Notes under the pieces: model-generated | What the model was told of the DNA's origin: nothing | Seen by the model: the letters and a program-made list of their open reading frames with translations, nothing else | The model's database searches: none | Virus record (IMG/VR): IMGVR_UViG_3300014208_000024 | Span: 308,284-372,283 of that record | Length of the DNA stretch: 64,000 nucleotides | Reading direction: 5' to 3' (one strand) | Source of the DNA: a virus | Taxonomy: Duplodnaviria > Caudoviricetes | Shown: positions 19,654 through 29,567 of the stretch, one piece after another | How the letters are laid out: the number at the start of each line of letters is the position of its first letter | Position numbering within the stretch: the first letter of the stretch is position 1 | Translations under genes and position numbers: made by a program

Positions 19654-19911
19654 ATGGCAACAAAAAAATTAAGAATTTCAACGATAATGGGTGATTACAA
19701 TTTAGGATTGTTTCAAAACAAAATTGAATTTAAAGAACCTTTAAGCTCTTTTGAAAAAGATGAATTAAAAGCAAGTGTTTTGCACAGGGAATTTAAAACA
19801 ATTGAAGAACATGATGCCTATTTGACTGCTTTAAAAGATGCAAGTGAATATCTTAACATAAGAGTTTTGACAGCAGAAGAAGTGAAAAAAATTAACAGAA
19901 TGAGAATATGA
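19654..19911 (+). CDS. Hypothetical protein
   Basis: ORF behind class-A promoter. Confidence 0.7.
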   Translation: MATKKLRISTIMGDYNLGLFQNKIEFKEPLSSFEKDELKASVLHREFKTIEEHDAYLTALKDASEYLNIRVLTAEEVKKINRMRI

Positions 19912-20090
19912 AAGAAATTAATTTAACCATTGAAGGAACTTTCACAACTCAGGAGGAACTTGAAAAGTATCTAAATGCAGTTTTGGAAAGCGTGAAATTG
20001 GCAAACAGCCTTAAACTCCCTTTTCACAATTTCTGTGGACACGATAATGACAGAAAAAATGAAATTTTCGCAACCGCAAAACACAAATAA
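19908..20090 (+). CDS. Hypothetical protein
   Basis: ATGA overlap with previous gene. Confidence 0.65.
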   Translation: MKEINLTIEGTFTTQEELEKYLNAVLESVKLANSLKLPFHNFCGHDNDRKNEIFATAKHK

Positions 20091-20091
20091 T

Positions 20092-20361
20092 ATGGCAAAT
20101 TTTAAACCACAAGTCACAATTATAACAAGTGAAACCCGTAGGGAATATGCAAACAGTTTTGGCACAAAAAACCCCTATAAAACAATTTCTTACCCCACCT
20201 ATAAAGATCTTTTAAAAAACATTAAAAGGCACTTAGAGGAAAACCTTGAAGATACTGTATCCGTATCCCGATCAAAGCGGGGCGAATGGGGTGAATGGTT
20301 TGAAATATGGAAATTAAATTGGCTCAATAAACCTGAAATTATAAAACAGGGCTGGATGTAA
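20092..20361 (+). CDS. Hypothetical protein
   Basis: Start MANFK 1 nt after previous stop. Confidence 0.7.
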   Translation: MANFKPQVTIITSETRREYANSFGTKNPYKTISYPTYKDLLKNIKRHLEENLEDTVSVSRSKRGEWGEWFEIWKLNWLNKPEIIKQGWM

Positions 20362-20421
20362 TTCTCCCTCTTTTCCAAATAATTTGCTTTATATACTCAT
20401 AACCAATTAATTTTACACAAT

Positions 20422-20649
20422 ATGAAAATAACATTTGAACCATCAGAAGAACAAAGTGGATCGTGGATATTCCATTACGGAAATGTTGAGCAAAACGGCA
20501 AAGAGTTTGAATTTAGCCTACTTGAAATGAAAGATGGAAATTCTGATTCAAAGGCATTTGAATTAACATGGTGCGAAGAAACACCAGACAATGCAATAGA
20601 AATTGAAAAAAAGGTTATTAGGGAATTTGAAGTATTACAAATTGCTTAA
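20422..20649 (+). CDS. Hypothetical acidic protein
   Basis: ORF behind class-A promoter. Confidence 0.7.
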   Translation: MKITFEPSEEQSGSWIFHYGNVEQNGKEFEFSLLEMKDGNSDSKAFELTWCEETPDNAIEIEKKVIREFEVLQIA

Positions 20650-20707
20650 CTCTCCCCTCTTTTCCAAATAATTTGCTTTATATACTCATAACCAAAACCA
20701 CAACAAA

Positions 20708-21031
20708 ATGGAAAGAAGAAAACTACCAGAAATTCCAAGCGAATTTATCGAACCATATTTGACAAAATTCATGGGAAATATAATAGAATTTGCGTCAACT
20801 GCTTGCACAGAAGAAGAACTAAAAGAAAGAAATGGTGTGGGTTGGACTATTGCTGAATTAAAACAATGGATTAAAGGTGTTGAAATGTTTGTTTCTTGGA
20901 CTTGTGGTATTCATGCCAGACTTGCAATGTCAAATGAATTTTACAACAGATGGAAATATATGCCTGATGATGAAATTAAAAGAATTTGCAAAAAGGTTAT
21001 GGATAAAATTTATAGTGATCCCACTTTTTAA
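20708..21031 (+). CDS. Hypothetical protein
   Basis: ORF behind class-A promoter. Confidence 0.7.
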   Translation: MERRKLPEIPSEFIEPYLTKFMGNIIEFASTACTEEELKERNGVGWTIAELKQWIKGVEMFVSWTCGIHARLAMSNEFYNRWKYMPDDEIKRICKKVMDKIYSDPTF

Positions 21032-21076
21032 AATAATTTGCTTTATATACTCATAACCAATTAAACAAAAAAAATT

Positions 21077-21394
21077 ATGCCAAAGAAAAAACTTTCTCCA
21101 GCTGATGAAAAATTCATCGCAAAATTTCTCAATGCTGATGGCAAACTGAATTTTGATGCTGCTAAAATCTTTCGTGAGAATCGTTTTACTGGTGAGAAAT
21201 TTGAAGTTGATCCTATTTGTGCCAAAGCAATTGATTTCGTCTTTGCAGTTGAAAGAGCAATGCAATTTGGGGATGCAGCACTCAAAAGAGTTCACCCCGA
21301 TCTTAAAATGAGCAATGCAGTCATGAATTTTGACAGAGCCAGGATGCTCGTTTGCAAACTCGATACAAAAGTTTATATGGGAATTTTGGACTAA
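21077..21394 (+). CDS. Hypothetical protein
   Basis: ORF behind class-A promoter; terminator follows. Confidence 0.75.
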   Translation: MPKKKLSPADEKFIAKFLNADGKLNFDAAKIFRENRFTGEKFEVDPICAKAIDFVFAVERAMQFGDAALKRVHPDLKMSNAVMNFDRARMLVCKLDTKVYMGILD

Positions 21395-21467
21395 ATGAAA
21401 AGGGGGAACTTTCCCTCTTTTTTGTTTTATTTGCTTTATATACTCACTAACCAAAAAAAATAAAAAA

Positions 21468-21969
21468 ATGCACAATCTTCACTTTGTAATTACAACAGCA
21501 GACAGCCCCGAAGATGCCTGTAATAATGTGGAAACATTGATTTCCGATTTCGGGAATGAAAACAACTGGCGTACTGTTTGTGGGTGCGTTTCAGAAAAAA
21601 AATGAGGTTTACAATGCAAGTGATGGCCGCTATGAACCAAAAAACACCGAATACACAACCATTGCAAAGATTAATAAATGTGTAAGAGGTTGGATGAAAG
21701 AATGTTTTTATGGTGATACTGCAAAGAAAAAACTTGCAGAAGCAAAGGGAAAAATTAACTTAAACAAATGGACAAGTTCTGAATTGTTCTCCCTTAAAAG
21801 CCTTGCAACTCATCTTGACCAAACTATTGCTTTCAGGAAAAAGAAATTTAATGTTCTTGAAAATGAATTTTTCGCTTGGAGTTTTGATGAATATGGAGTT
21901 ACACAAGACAATAACTCAAATGATGATGAAGGTCAAAAATATGTCGTGTTTATTGATATGCATAGTTAA
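21468..21969 (+). pseudogene. Frameshifted hypothetical gene (extra A in A8 run at 21595-21602)
   Basis: MHNLHF...CVSEK from the promoter-proximal ATG joins NEVYNASDGRY...IDMHS if one A is removed. Confidence 0.7.
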
Positions 21970-22062
21970 AACATTGAAAATCAGAGTATTAATAGTTAAA
22001 AAGGGATTTTCCCTCTTTTTCTTTTTATTTGCTTTATATACTTGTAACAAAAAACAATCATT

Positions 22063-22359
22063 ATGAAAGCTACTTGCAAAACCAGTTTTTTAGCCCTTAA
22101 AGGAATTATTGACATTGGGGATGTTGTTGAAATTGAATCTATACTTTCAACAGAAGATAAAGTTTTGAATACGAAAATAATAGTTACAAGGGATGAAAAC
22201 GAACGTATAATATCTTCAGTTGTTGTCAGTGATGTTGTAAGTCCCAAAGGTAGCTTTGAAGGTTACAGAATAAAATCAAAAAACGGGAATACATATTCAG
22301 ATAAAGAAATTTTAGGAATGATCGAATATAAACCACTGTCTGAAATTTTTGAAAAATAA
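22063..22359 (+). CDS. Hypothetical protein
   Basis: ORF behind class-A promoter. Confidence 0.7.
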   Translation: MKATCKTSFLALKGIIDIGDVVEIESILSTEDKVLNTKIIVTRDENERIISSVVVSDVVSPKGSFEGYRIKSKNGNTYSDKEILGMIEYKPLSEIFEK

Positions 22360-22415
22360 TTCTCCCACTTTTCAAAATAATTTGCTTTATATAATCACTA
22401 ACCAAAACAATAATC

Positions 22416-22709
22416 ATGGAAACAAAAACGAAATCGGGATTTAGTGTAATCCAAATGGTAGAAATACCTGAAACCTTTTTGAGAAAAGGAGTTTTAAAAG
22501 AATTATCTGGGCGTGAAATTTACACTGATACAGATGATGAACTGAATGAACAAATTTTCGCTGGTAATGTGTTTGAAACAATAGCCTGTGACCAAGCTGA
22601 AATACCCGAAAATTCACCCCTCAAATTAAGCGCTGAAGACTTAAAACAAGTCGATGAACTTGCAGAAGAATTGGGAGAATATGAACTTATCAGAATAAAC
22701 AAAATATAA
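22416..22709 (+). CDS. Hypothetical acidic protein
   Basis: ORF behind class-A promoter; terminator follows. Confidence 0.7.
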   Translation: METKTKSGFSVIQMVEIPETFLRKGVLKELSGREIYTDTDDELNEQIFAGNVFETIACDQAEIPENSPLKLSAEDLKQVDELAEELGEYELIRINKI

Positions 22710-22878
22710 TTTTTGGTTTGGTGAAGCAAGTGAAGGGAGGAAAGTGGTTCCTCCTTTTTTATTTTCTTTTTTTTAAATTTCTGTTTTGTCGTAAACCTCC
22801 CTATGTAAACTTTCCCTGGCAGGATTCCCACTTTCCAAAATAATTTGCTTTATATAGTTATAACCAAAAAATAAAGAA

Positions 22879-23415
22879 ATGAAAAAAACATCATTAACTG
22901 AAAAACAGAAAAAGATAGTTTCTGATCTGATCGCTGAATTTGAGGGCATAAACGCTCAGAAAAAATGCGACCACAATGACCTGTTTGCTTATATTGATAA
23001 CACACTCAATGAGCGCAAAAGAATACAGGAAGAAATTATCCAGCATAACAAATTAATGTGTGCAAAACACCTTGAATACCTTGCTTCTATTGTTGGTGAT
23101 GTTCGTAAAATGTGCGAAAGATATAATGTTTCGGTTGATTTTTCAAAAAGTATTTCGGGGACTATGAGAATAAGCTTTTATTTTTACAAAAGCAAAGATA
23201 TGTTTGAAAAGTACGGAGAAAAAAGAGTGGGGTTTGATTGTTCACAACATGTTGATGTACTTATTGAAAACAGTAGAATTGAAGATGTAATGAAATACGG
23301 AGAAATTGTCGAATTAAGATGGAAAAAATCAAATTATGGATATGACATTGTAAAAAGAGAAGATTTCCCCAAATTTCTTGCCGACAAAATCATCGAAGTA
23401 AACAAAACTTTTTAA
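22879..23415 (+). CDS. Hypothetical protein
   Basis: ORF behind class-A promoter. Confidence 0.75.
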   Translation: MKKTSLTEKQKKIVSDLIAEFEGINAQKKCDHNDLFAYIDNTLNERKRIQEEIIQHNKLMCAKHLEYLASIVGDVRKMCERYNVSVDFSKSISGTMRISFYFYKSKDMFEKYGEKRVGFDCSQHVDVLIENSRIEDVMKYGEIVELRWKKSNYGYDIVKREDFPKFLADKIIEVNKTF

Positions 23416-23485
23416 AAGAAAAGTGGGAACTCTCCCACTTTTTTATTATATTTGCTTTATATAGTCATAACCAATAATTAAGACA

Positions 23486-24436
23486 ATGGCAAAAAGAAAT
23501 AATTTTTTCAATAAAAGAAAAAATAACTATTACGATTTTGGAGATAACATTTGGGGTCAAATATTATCCACAAGTGGAATAAATGGTTTTATGCACGATA
23601 TGTTTGTAGACATGAGCAGACGTGAACACCAAGAAAAACTGAAAAAAGCTGGAATCGTATTAAACGAAGAACATAATCTCTTTGGAGTGCCAAGCAAAAA
23701 TATTCCATTTAAGTATATTAAAATTGATTTCATTCATGACAAATTTTATGTTTGTTATGTTAAAATGGATTATGTTAAAATGGATATTGACGATGATTTT
23801 CAAATGGTTACTGTTTGTAAAGAAGATGGAACAGAAATGTTTACAGTTGAAGAAAAGAGTTTTGATTACCTGCACTTTGAAGATTTTTTTCTTGTAAAAG
23901 AAAGAAAAGAAAAAAACTATATGCTTCATGGTCTTTGTGGCACAATTAAAACAAAACACGTTTTCAGACCAATGTTTCATTCTAAATTTGATAAAGATTC
24001 TGATTTCTGTATTCTGGGGAATAATGATTTCTCTGGTGAATGTGTTATAAACAAAAAAGGTGAAGTTGTTTTTGAAAAGAAAGATTACAATAGCCTTTAT
24101 CTTCATGGAAACATTTTAAGCACAGGAAGTAAAAATTATAACCTGTTTACGGGGGAATTAATTTGTGATAAAAGTTATCACAGTTCCCTCGATATAAAAG
24201 AATTTATGTTTATTCAGGTTGATGTTAATCAGGTTTATAAGATCAACAAAAAAACCTGTGAATTTGAAGTCTTTGGAGAACCAAAACAAGCCCCTAAGTT
24301 AAACGATATTAAAATTTGTGAACACTCAGACACCACAGTTGCAGAAGTTCTCCCCAAACTCATTAAACAGGGCAGAAATGATATTTGTCAATGTGGTTCA
24401 GGTAAGAAGTTTAAAAACTGTTGCATGAAAAAGTAA
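23486..24436 (+). CDS. Beta-rich protein with C-terminal SEC-C zinc motif
   Basis: C-terminal KQGRNDICQCGSGKKFKNCC; WG-repeat-like central segments. Confidence 0.75.
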   Translation: MAKRNNFFNKRKNNYYDFGDNIWGQILSTSGINGFMHDMFVDMSRREHQEKLKKAGIVLNEEHNLFGVPSKNIPFKYIKIDFIHDKFYVCYVKMDYVKMDIDDDFQMVTVCKEDGTEMFTVEEKSFDYLHFEDFFLVKERKEKNYMLHGLCGTIKTKHVFRPMFHSKFDKDSDFCILGNNDFSGECVINKKGEVVFEKKDYNSLYLHGNILSTGSKNYNLFTGELICDKSYHSSLDIKEFMFIQVDVNQVYKINKKTCEFEVFGEPKQAPKLNDIKICEHSDTTVAEVLPKLIKQGRNDICQCGSGKKFKNCCMKK

Positions 24437-24473
24437 CTCTCCCTCTTTTTAAAATAATTTGCTTTATATCTAC

Positions 24474-24920
24474 ATGGAAGAAAAAAAAGAAATAGGCATT
24501 AGGGCTCCTCTCCCCGAAATTGATCCCTTAAAAGATGTTACTATTATTGGCGCTGGTCATGTTGGCGTTGGAAAATCTTCTCTCATACAAGTTGAGGCAG
24601 CAATAAGAATGATGGCAGAAGGAAAAAAGGTAATTGTTATCACAGGTGATACAACTCCAAACATTGATCTTTCAAAAATTGATTTGGATAGCATTTCAAT
24701 TCCTGTTTTAAAAAAGATAAGTGAATTTCCAAGTCCAGTAATTTACGACCATGATACTCCAAACAAATTGGAAATGTTAAGGAATTTAAAACTTTCTCCT
24801 GAGCAAATTGATTACTTCCAAAATTCACCACCACAAAGATTGGAAGGGGAAAAACAAGAAGATTATAAAACTCGTAGAATGTTAAATAAATTAATTATAA
24901 AATATAGGGGGCAATTCTAA
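24474..24920 (+). CDS. Hypothetical protein with glycine-rich loop
   Basis: IIGAGHVGVGKSS near the N-terminus; class-A promoter. Confidence 0.6.
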   Translation: MEEKKEIGIRAPLPEIDPLKDVTIIGAGHVGVGKSSLIQVEAAIRMMAEGKKVIVITGDTTPNIDLSKIDLDSISIPVLKKISEFPSPVIYDHDTPNKLEMLRNLKLSPEQIDYFQNSPPQRLEGEKQEDYKTRRMLNKLIIKYRGQF

Positions 24921-25097
24921 TGATTCTATTAAATAACAGTCAAAGTTTATTGCAACTTCCTGTGGAATATGCTTATTTTGTAGGTATTTTAATCGTTTTA
25001 TTTTTAATTGGATTGCCTATAAGAATTTGGCTTTACAGAAGAAAGACAGGAAAAAATCAATAGTTCTTCCACTTTTTTAAAAAATTTGCTTTATATA

Positions 25098-25492
25098 GTT
25101 GTAACAAAAAAAACGGGTTATCCGTATAAAATATTGGGAAAGGGTCGCTAAGGTTCCACCCCAAAACTGCGAAAGCGGTTCCGCAATGCCCAAAGCTTGC
25201 TTTATGGGAACCACCGACAGCCCGTCCCAAAGGTTCATTGAGAATATAAAAAAATCTCCTATAACAGCCGAGTACGGTTGGTTGGAAAATGGAGATTCTG
25301 TCCGTACAACAGTTTTGGGATAAATGCTCATAATTAATAATCCCGCCGACATTTGAATGATCGGTTATGCCCCGTATGAAGCCGAGACCCTTAAGTGGCT
25401 CTGGCAATGACTGGGGCGCTAATAATCCTGAATAAAGAGCAATCCCGATGAACCGAAGGGGGGTAGGCAGTTCGCCTGTTCCCTCTTTTTTT
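25098..25492 (+). ncRNA. Candidate large structured ncRNA (about 390 nt)
   Basis: Class-A promoter, no plus-strand ORF, GC-enriched, long-range helices CCCAAAACTG/CAGTTTTGGG and AAGGGTC/GACCCTT, GAAA and CUUG tetraloops, terminal hairpin + U tract. Confidence 0.65.
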
Positions 25493-25547
25493 ATTCCCAC
25501 TTTTATAAATAATTTGCTTTATATACTCATAACCAAAAATTAAGGTC

Positions 25548-25748
25548 ATGGAAACAAAAAGTTTAGACAAAAAAAAGAAATCAATAAAAGTAAAAGAAAT
25601 GTATAAATTTCTTGGGAAGTTAATTAAAGAAGGAAAAGGCGACTATAAAATGAAAATTGACTTAAATGAATATTATGTAAGTTTAAAACGAATTTCAGTA
25701 ATTGATGAATCAACTGTTTGTGAAAACAAAACTATAAATGTTTCATAA
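25548..25748 (+). CDS. Hypothetical protein
   Basis: ORF behind class-A promoter. Confidence 0.7.
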   Translation: METKSLDKKKKSIKVKEMYKFLGKLIKEGKGDYKMKIDLNEYYVSLKRISVIDESTVCENKTINVS

Positions 25749-25822
25749 TTCCCACTTTTGTAAATAATTTGCTTTATATACTTGAAAGAAATTTTTATTA
25801 ACTAACACTAAATCAATTAATT

Positions 25823-26295
25823 ATGGGCTTCACGCACTACTTCTACAGAAAAGAAAAGTTAGATCAGAAAACATTTGATCTCTTTGTTAAAGATGTAAAA
25901 GCAATCTTCGCTGATACCAAAAGGCAAAAAAGAATTGCAATAGTTAACGGCTGGGGTGAAATGGGAACTCAACCAATAGCAAACTCAGAAGAAATTTGTT
26001 TCAATGGAGTTCAAAACACAAAAACAAATGTTGACAACAGCCATGAAACAATGTACATTTCACGTGTTGCAAACAAGAGCATTTTTACACCTGATTCCCC
26101 CTCGCTTTCGGGTTTTGCAAAACAGCAAGGAAGCCTTATGACAGGGTTGTAACAGCGGTTCTTATAGCATTTAAACATCATTTTCCTCATGCACAAATTC
26201 ATTCTGACGGTGATATTGAAGATTTTGAGCTTGGCCGCAAAACTTGTACAAAACTCTTTGGTTACGGTTTTGGCTTTGAACTTGACAAAGATTAA
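25823..26295 (+). pseudogene. Frameshifted conserved-type phage gene (missing C in C5 run at 26097-26101)
   Basis: MGFTHYF...FNG...HET continues as PLAFGFCKTARKPYDRVVTAVL...SDG in the -1 frame. Confidence 0.75.
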
Positions 26296-26345
26296 AAAGA
26301 TTGGGTTCACCGTTATCCCCCCCTGGAAAACGGTTTGGTTATGAT

Positions 26346-26374
26346 GGCTCGGAGTGGTTAACCGAGCCTTTTTT
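26346..26374 (+). terminator. Intrinsic terminator
   Basis: GGCTCGG-AGTGGTTAA-CCGAGCC-TTTTTT. Confidence 0.8.
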
Positions 26375-26492
26375 ATTTTCTTTTTTTAAATTTCGGTTTG
26401 GTCGTAAACCCCATATCCACAATTCTGGTCCAGACAATTCCCACTTTTTCATTTAATTTGCTTTATATAGTCACAAACAAAAAATAATTTAT

Positions 26493-26642
26493 ATGAAAAA
26501 CTTTGATGTAAAAATTACAGGTTCAGGCACAAAAAGCGAGATCGTTGAATCTTTAAAAGCTATTATTGAAACAATAGAGAGTTCAGAATCAGAAAGAGAA
26601 ATTGAAGCTGAAGATGAAACTCTTGTGGCAGAAATAAATTAA
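26493..26642 (+). CDS. Small acidic protein (49 aa, not in ORF track)
   Basis: MKNFDVKITGSGT... between two class-A promoters. Confidence 0.6.
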   Translation: MKNFDVKITGSGTKSEIVESLKAIIETIESSESEREIEAEDETLVAEIN

Positions 26643-26697
26643 TTCCACTTTTTCATTTAATTTGCTTTATATAGTCATAACCAAAATACTTATCTAA

Positions 26698-27018
26698 ATG
26701 AACGAAACAGAAAAAAATATAAAGAAATTTGCCCAAATGATCGAAAATGAAATTGGAATTAAAGTTTTTCAATCATTTGAAAGTCGATACGGAGGATGGT
26801 GCAATTTTTACTTTAACGAATTATACTCAGACGATATGATAAAGTTGGGTAATTTTATTAATAAACATTTCTCAACCCCTGGGGCATTTACAGAACGTTG
26901 TTTGAGATTGGTTGTAAGTCCTGAAAATCGTTTAAGTCTTGTTGTTATTGCACAAAGATTAAATGATTTTATGAAAAATGGCAAAATAACAGATATTCGA
27001 TGTTATCCCACTTCTTAA
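26698..27018 (+). CDS. Hypothetical protein
   Basis: ORF behind class-A promoter. Confidence 0.7.
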   Translation: MNETEKNIKKFAQMIENEIGIKVFQSFESRYGGWCNFYFNELYSDDMIKLGNFINKHFSTPGAFTERCLRLVVSPENRLSLVVIAQRLNDFMKNGKITDIRCYPTS

Positions 27019-27062
27019 AATAATTTGCTTTATATAGTCATAACCAATAAAAAAATAAAGTC

Positions 27063-27515
27063 ATGGGCGGATTTACTTCTATAAAATTAAAAGATTGTTC
27101 GAGAGGAAACATTGTCAGACAGAATACAATTCTGGACATTTACAAAGTACCCAAAAAATATCGTTTCTCCTGCTTGGAAAATGAACAGGCAATTGAATAC
27201 GAATACTTCAAAAGGGGCATGGGTTCTTTTCCTGAAAGACAATTCCCCAAAAACAAAATCAATTCTCTGGAAGATTTCAAAAAATTCTGGACACCTGAAG
27301 CTCTTGGAGAAGTGTTTGTGCCTCCCTCTGGCACTCTGCAATTTGATTGTTATTTCGGCAGAACTTCAAAAAAAGCAATGCGTAAAATGGGAAGATACAT
27401 AGCTGAAAACATAAGGGAATTTAAAGAGTTTGAAGGTTCATTCTCAACCTTTATGGAAAGAGGAATGACAGCTATTGAACGTAAAATTGTTGATGAAAGC
27501 GGAATTTCATATTAA
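27063..27515 (+). CDS. Hypothetical protein
   Basis: ORF behind class-A promoter. Confidence 0.75.
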   Translation: MGGFTSIKLKDCSRGNIVRQNTILDIYKVPKKYRFSCLENEQAIEYEYFKRGMGSFPERQFPKNKINSLEDFKKFWTPEALGEVFVPPSGTLQFDCYFGRTSKKAMRKMGRYIAENIREFKEFEGSFSTFMERGMTAIERKIVDESGISY

Positions 27516-27629
27516 ATAAAAGGGGGGTTCTCTCCCTCTTTTTCTTTTTATTTGCTTTATATAGTTATAAATAGTAAAAAATTTCATGTATTACGAAATA
27601 ATTTATAAACCACTAAAAAACAAATAGTT

Positions 27630-28532
27630 ATGTCGTATGAAATCGTATATTTAAAGCAGTTCATCAAAGCTGAAAAAGATAACAAAACTGTTTTCTTTCC
27701 AATGATTTACGGAGGTTCAAATAACTGTATTCAGTTTGACCGCTCAAGTAGGGGCAGACGTGAAAGAAGCTGGTTTTTAATGACACACATACTGGAAGGA
27801 AAACGTTTCGGTACGATGGAAGAAATGTTAAAAAGGGCAGATCAGGAAAGAGAAGGTGTAATTAAAAGAAACAAAGAAAGCAATGAACATTACAGGGCTG
27901 AAGGAAATGAAAGCTGGTGTTCAGAATACTCTGATAAAAGTTTTGGCTGGTTTACATCATTGGCAATTGGCGGAAGTACCTCAAACACTTCCTTTGGAAA
28001 ATACAAAGGTTTGTTTTCTATTGGTTGCAAAAAAGCCCTGACGGTTGAAGAATTAAAAGAATTTCGTGTTAATGTAAGAATTCATTCTTATGTATATGAC
28101 GACAAAAAAAGAGAAGCATTTGAAGCACTGGGGAAAAAAGATATAAATTTCATACCCCAAACTTCCGCTGAACTACTCGAAAAATTAGATGAGTTTGATG
28201 AATACCTGAAAGATACTCCTTATGTTTTTATGTATGTTACAATTGATGCAAATGAATCTACAATGAAACGTATTCTCAGGGAAAAATTTCCCACAAAAAA
28301 ACACGTACCTGAATACAAAGAGGTTGATAAATATTTTGTGATGCACATTGTTAATTACGGATATTTTTATGATTCTAAAAGATATGGGTTTCGTTACACT
28401 CCCTATCAAAATTCAGGAAAAAGATTTGCTTCCCAAAAAGCTGCTGAAAGATTTCAAAAAAGATTTGCACAAAAACATTCTTATACAACTGTAATTGAAA
28501 CAGTAAACGAAAAAGCAAAGGTGAAAGTATAA
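27630..28532 (+). CDS. Hypothetical protein
   Basis: 300-aa ORF behind class-A promoter. Confidence 0.8.
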   Translation: MSYEIVYLKQFIKAEKDNKTVFFPMIYGGSNNCIQFDRSSRGRRERSWFLMTHILEGKRFGTMEEMLKRADQEREGVIKRNKESNEHYRAEGNESWCSEYSDKSFGWFTSLAIGGSTSNTSFGKYKGLFSIGCKKALTVEELKEFRVNVRIHSYVYDDKKREAFEALGKKDINFIPQTSAELLEKLDEFDEYLKDTPYVFMYVTIDANESTMKRILREKFPTKKHVPEYKEVDKYFVMHIVNYGYFYDSKRYGFRYTPYQNSGKRFASQKAAERFQKRFAQKHSYTTVIETVNEKAKVKV

Positions 28533-28591
28533 CGATCTCTCCCTCTTTTTTAAATAATTTGCTTTATATAATCAAATCAAAAACAAACATT

Positions 28592-28993
28592 ATGAAACTC
28601 ACTTTAATAAAAGATTTAAAAGCACCCCGTTGGGCGCACGTTGTAACTACAATTAAAAAAGGAACAGAGGTAGAATGTTCAATACAGAAAAATGGTGATG
28701 TTTTTGTGGAACATCAAACACTCAAAGGTATCAGCATCATTGTTGAAAAAGAAAAAAGATCAAAATACTTTCTTGAAAACCCAAAATCTCCCCAAAAGAA
28801 AGTTGTGAAGAAAACTTACAAACTTTGGATTACAATTGAAGAACACACAGAGTTTTCCGATGGTTCTGATAAGTACAGGGATATGAAAGAAGAAGATACA
28901 AGATCGCTGGGAACATTTTCAACAGTGGAACTGGCAAATGAACACATGAATTTTATGGGGGATAATCACCAAAGTGATGGAGATGTTGAATAA
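28592..28993 (+). CDS. Hypothetical protein
   Basis: Start MKLTLI behind class-A promoter. Confidence 0.7.
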   Translation: MKLTLIKDLKAPRWAHVVTTIKKGTEVECSIQKNGDVFVEHQTLKGISIIVEKEKRSKYFLENPKSPQKKVVKKTYKLWITIEEHTEFSDGSDKYRDMKEEDTRSLGTFSTVELANEHMNFMGDNHQSDGDVE

Positions 28994-29092
28994 AAATTTC
29001 TCCCACTTTTCAAAATAATTTGCTTTATATAGCCAACATATTAGCCAATATCAAAAGAAATTAAACAAAATAGATAATATATTATCCAAAAT

Positions 29093-29521
29093 ATGAAAAC
29101 AATTTTAATTCTCTCAATTTTACTTCTCTCCCTGAATATCTTTTCACAAACTGTTTCTTATAAAGATATAACAGTAATTTCCCATTGTGACACTCTTAAT
29201 GAGAAATGGCTCGACTGCAGTTCAACAGTTTTTTATAAAGGAACAAAAACAAACAATTCAAATCTATTCAATAAAGATTCAATTGTTTTACTCGAAAGAT
29301 TGAATGAACAAATTAAAAAAGAATTCATTTCTAATTTGGAAGATTTCCCCGACTGCCTTAATGGAGTTTCTCTCCCTAATAGTTTCCCCCTAAATGAAAT
29401 GAATGTTTTTATAGAAAAACCTGATATGATATTTGATATAAAGTTTGCGCAAATGGATTGTTCAAAAGCAAATATTCGTATTCGTATTCCTTTAAATGAA
29501 ATTGATTTGTATCTGAGATAA
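29093..29521 (+). CDS. Secreted/periplasmic protein
   Basis: Sec signal MKTILILSILLLSLNIFS-Q of Bacteroidota style. Confidence 0.65.
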   Translation: MKTILILSILLLSLNIFSQTVSYKDITVISHCDTLNEKWLDCSSTVFYKGTKTNNSNLFNKDSIVLLERLNEQIKKEFISNLEDFPDCLNGVSLPNSFPLNEMNVFIEKPDMIFDIKFAQMDCSKANIRIRIPLNEIDLYLR

Positions 29522-29567
29522 TCCCACTTTTTCAAATAATTTGCTTTATATATAAAACAAAAAGATA

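Noticed and set aside
25057-25500. 147-aa minus-strand ORF; also tmRNA, RNase P or group I intron identity for the RNA
   Set aside because: The ORF has no promoter or leader and atypical composition. I found no GGGGC...TCCACCA ends, no GAGGAAAGTCC core, and no recognisable P7 elements.
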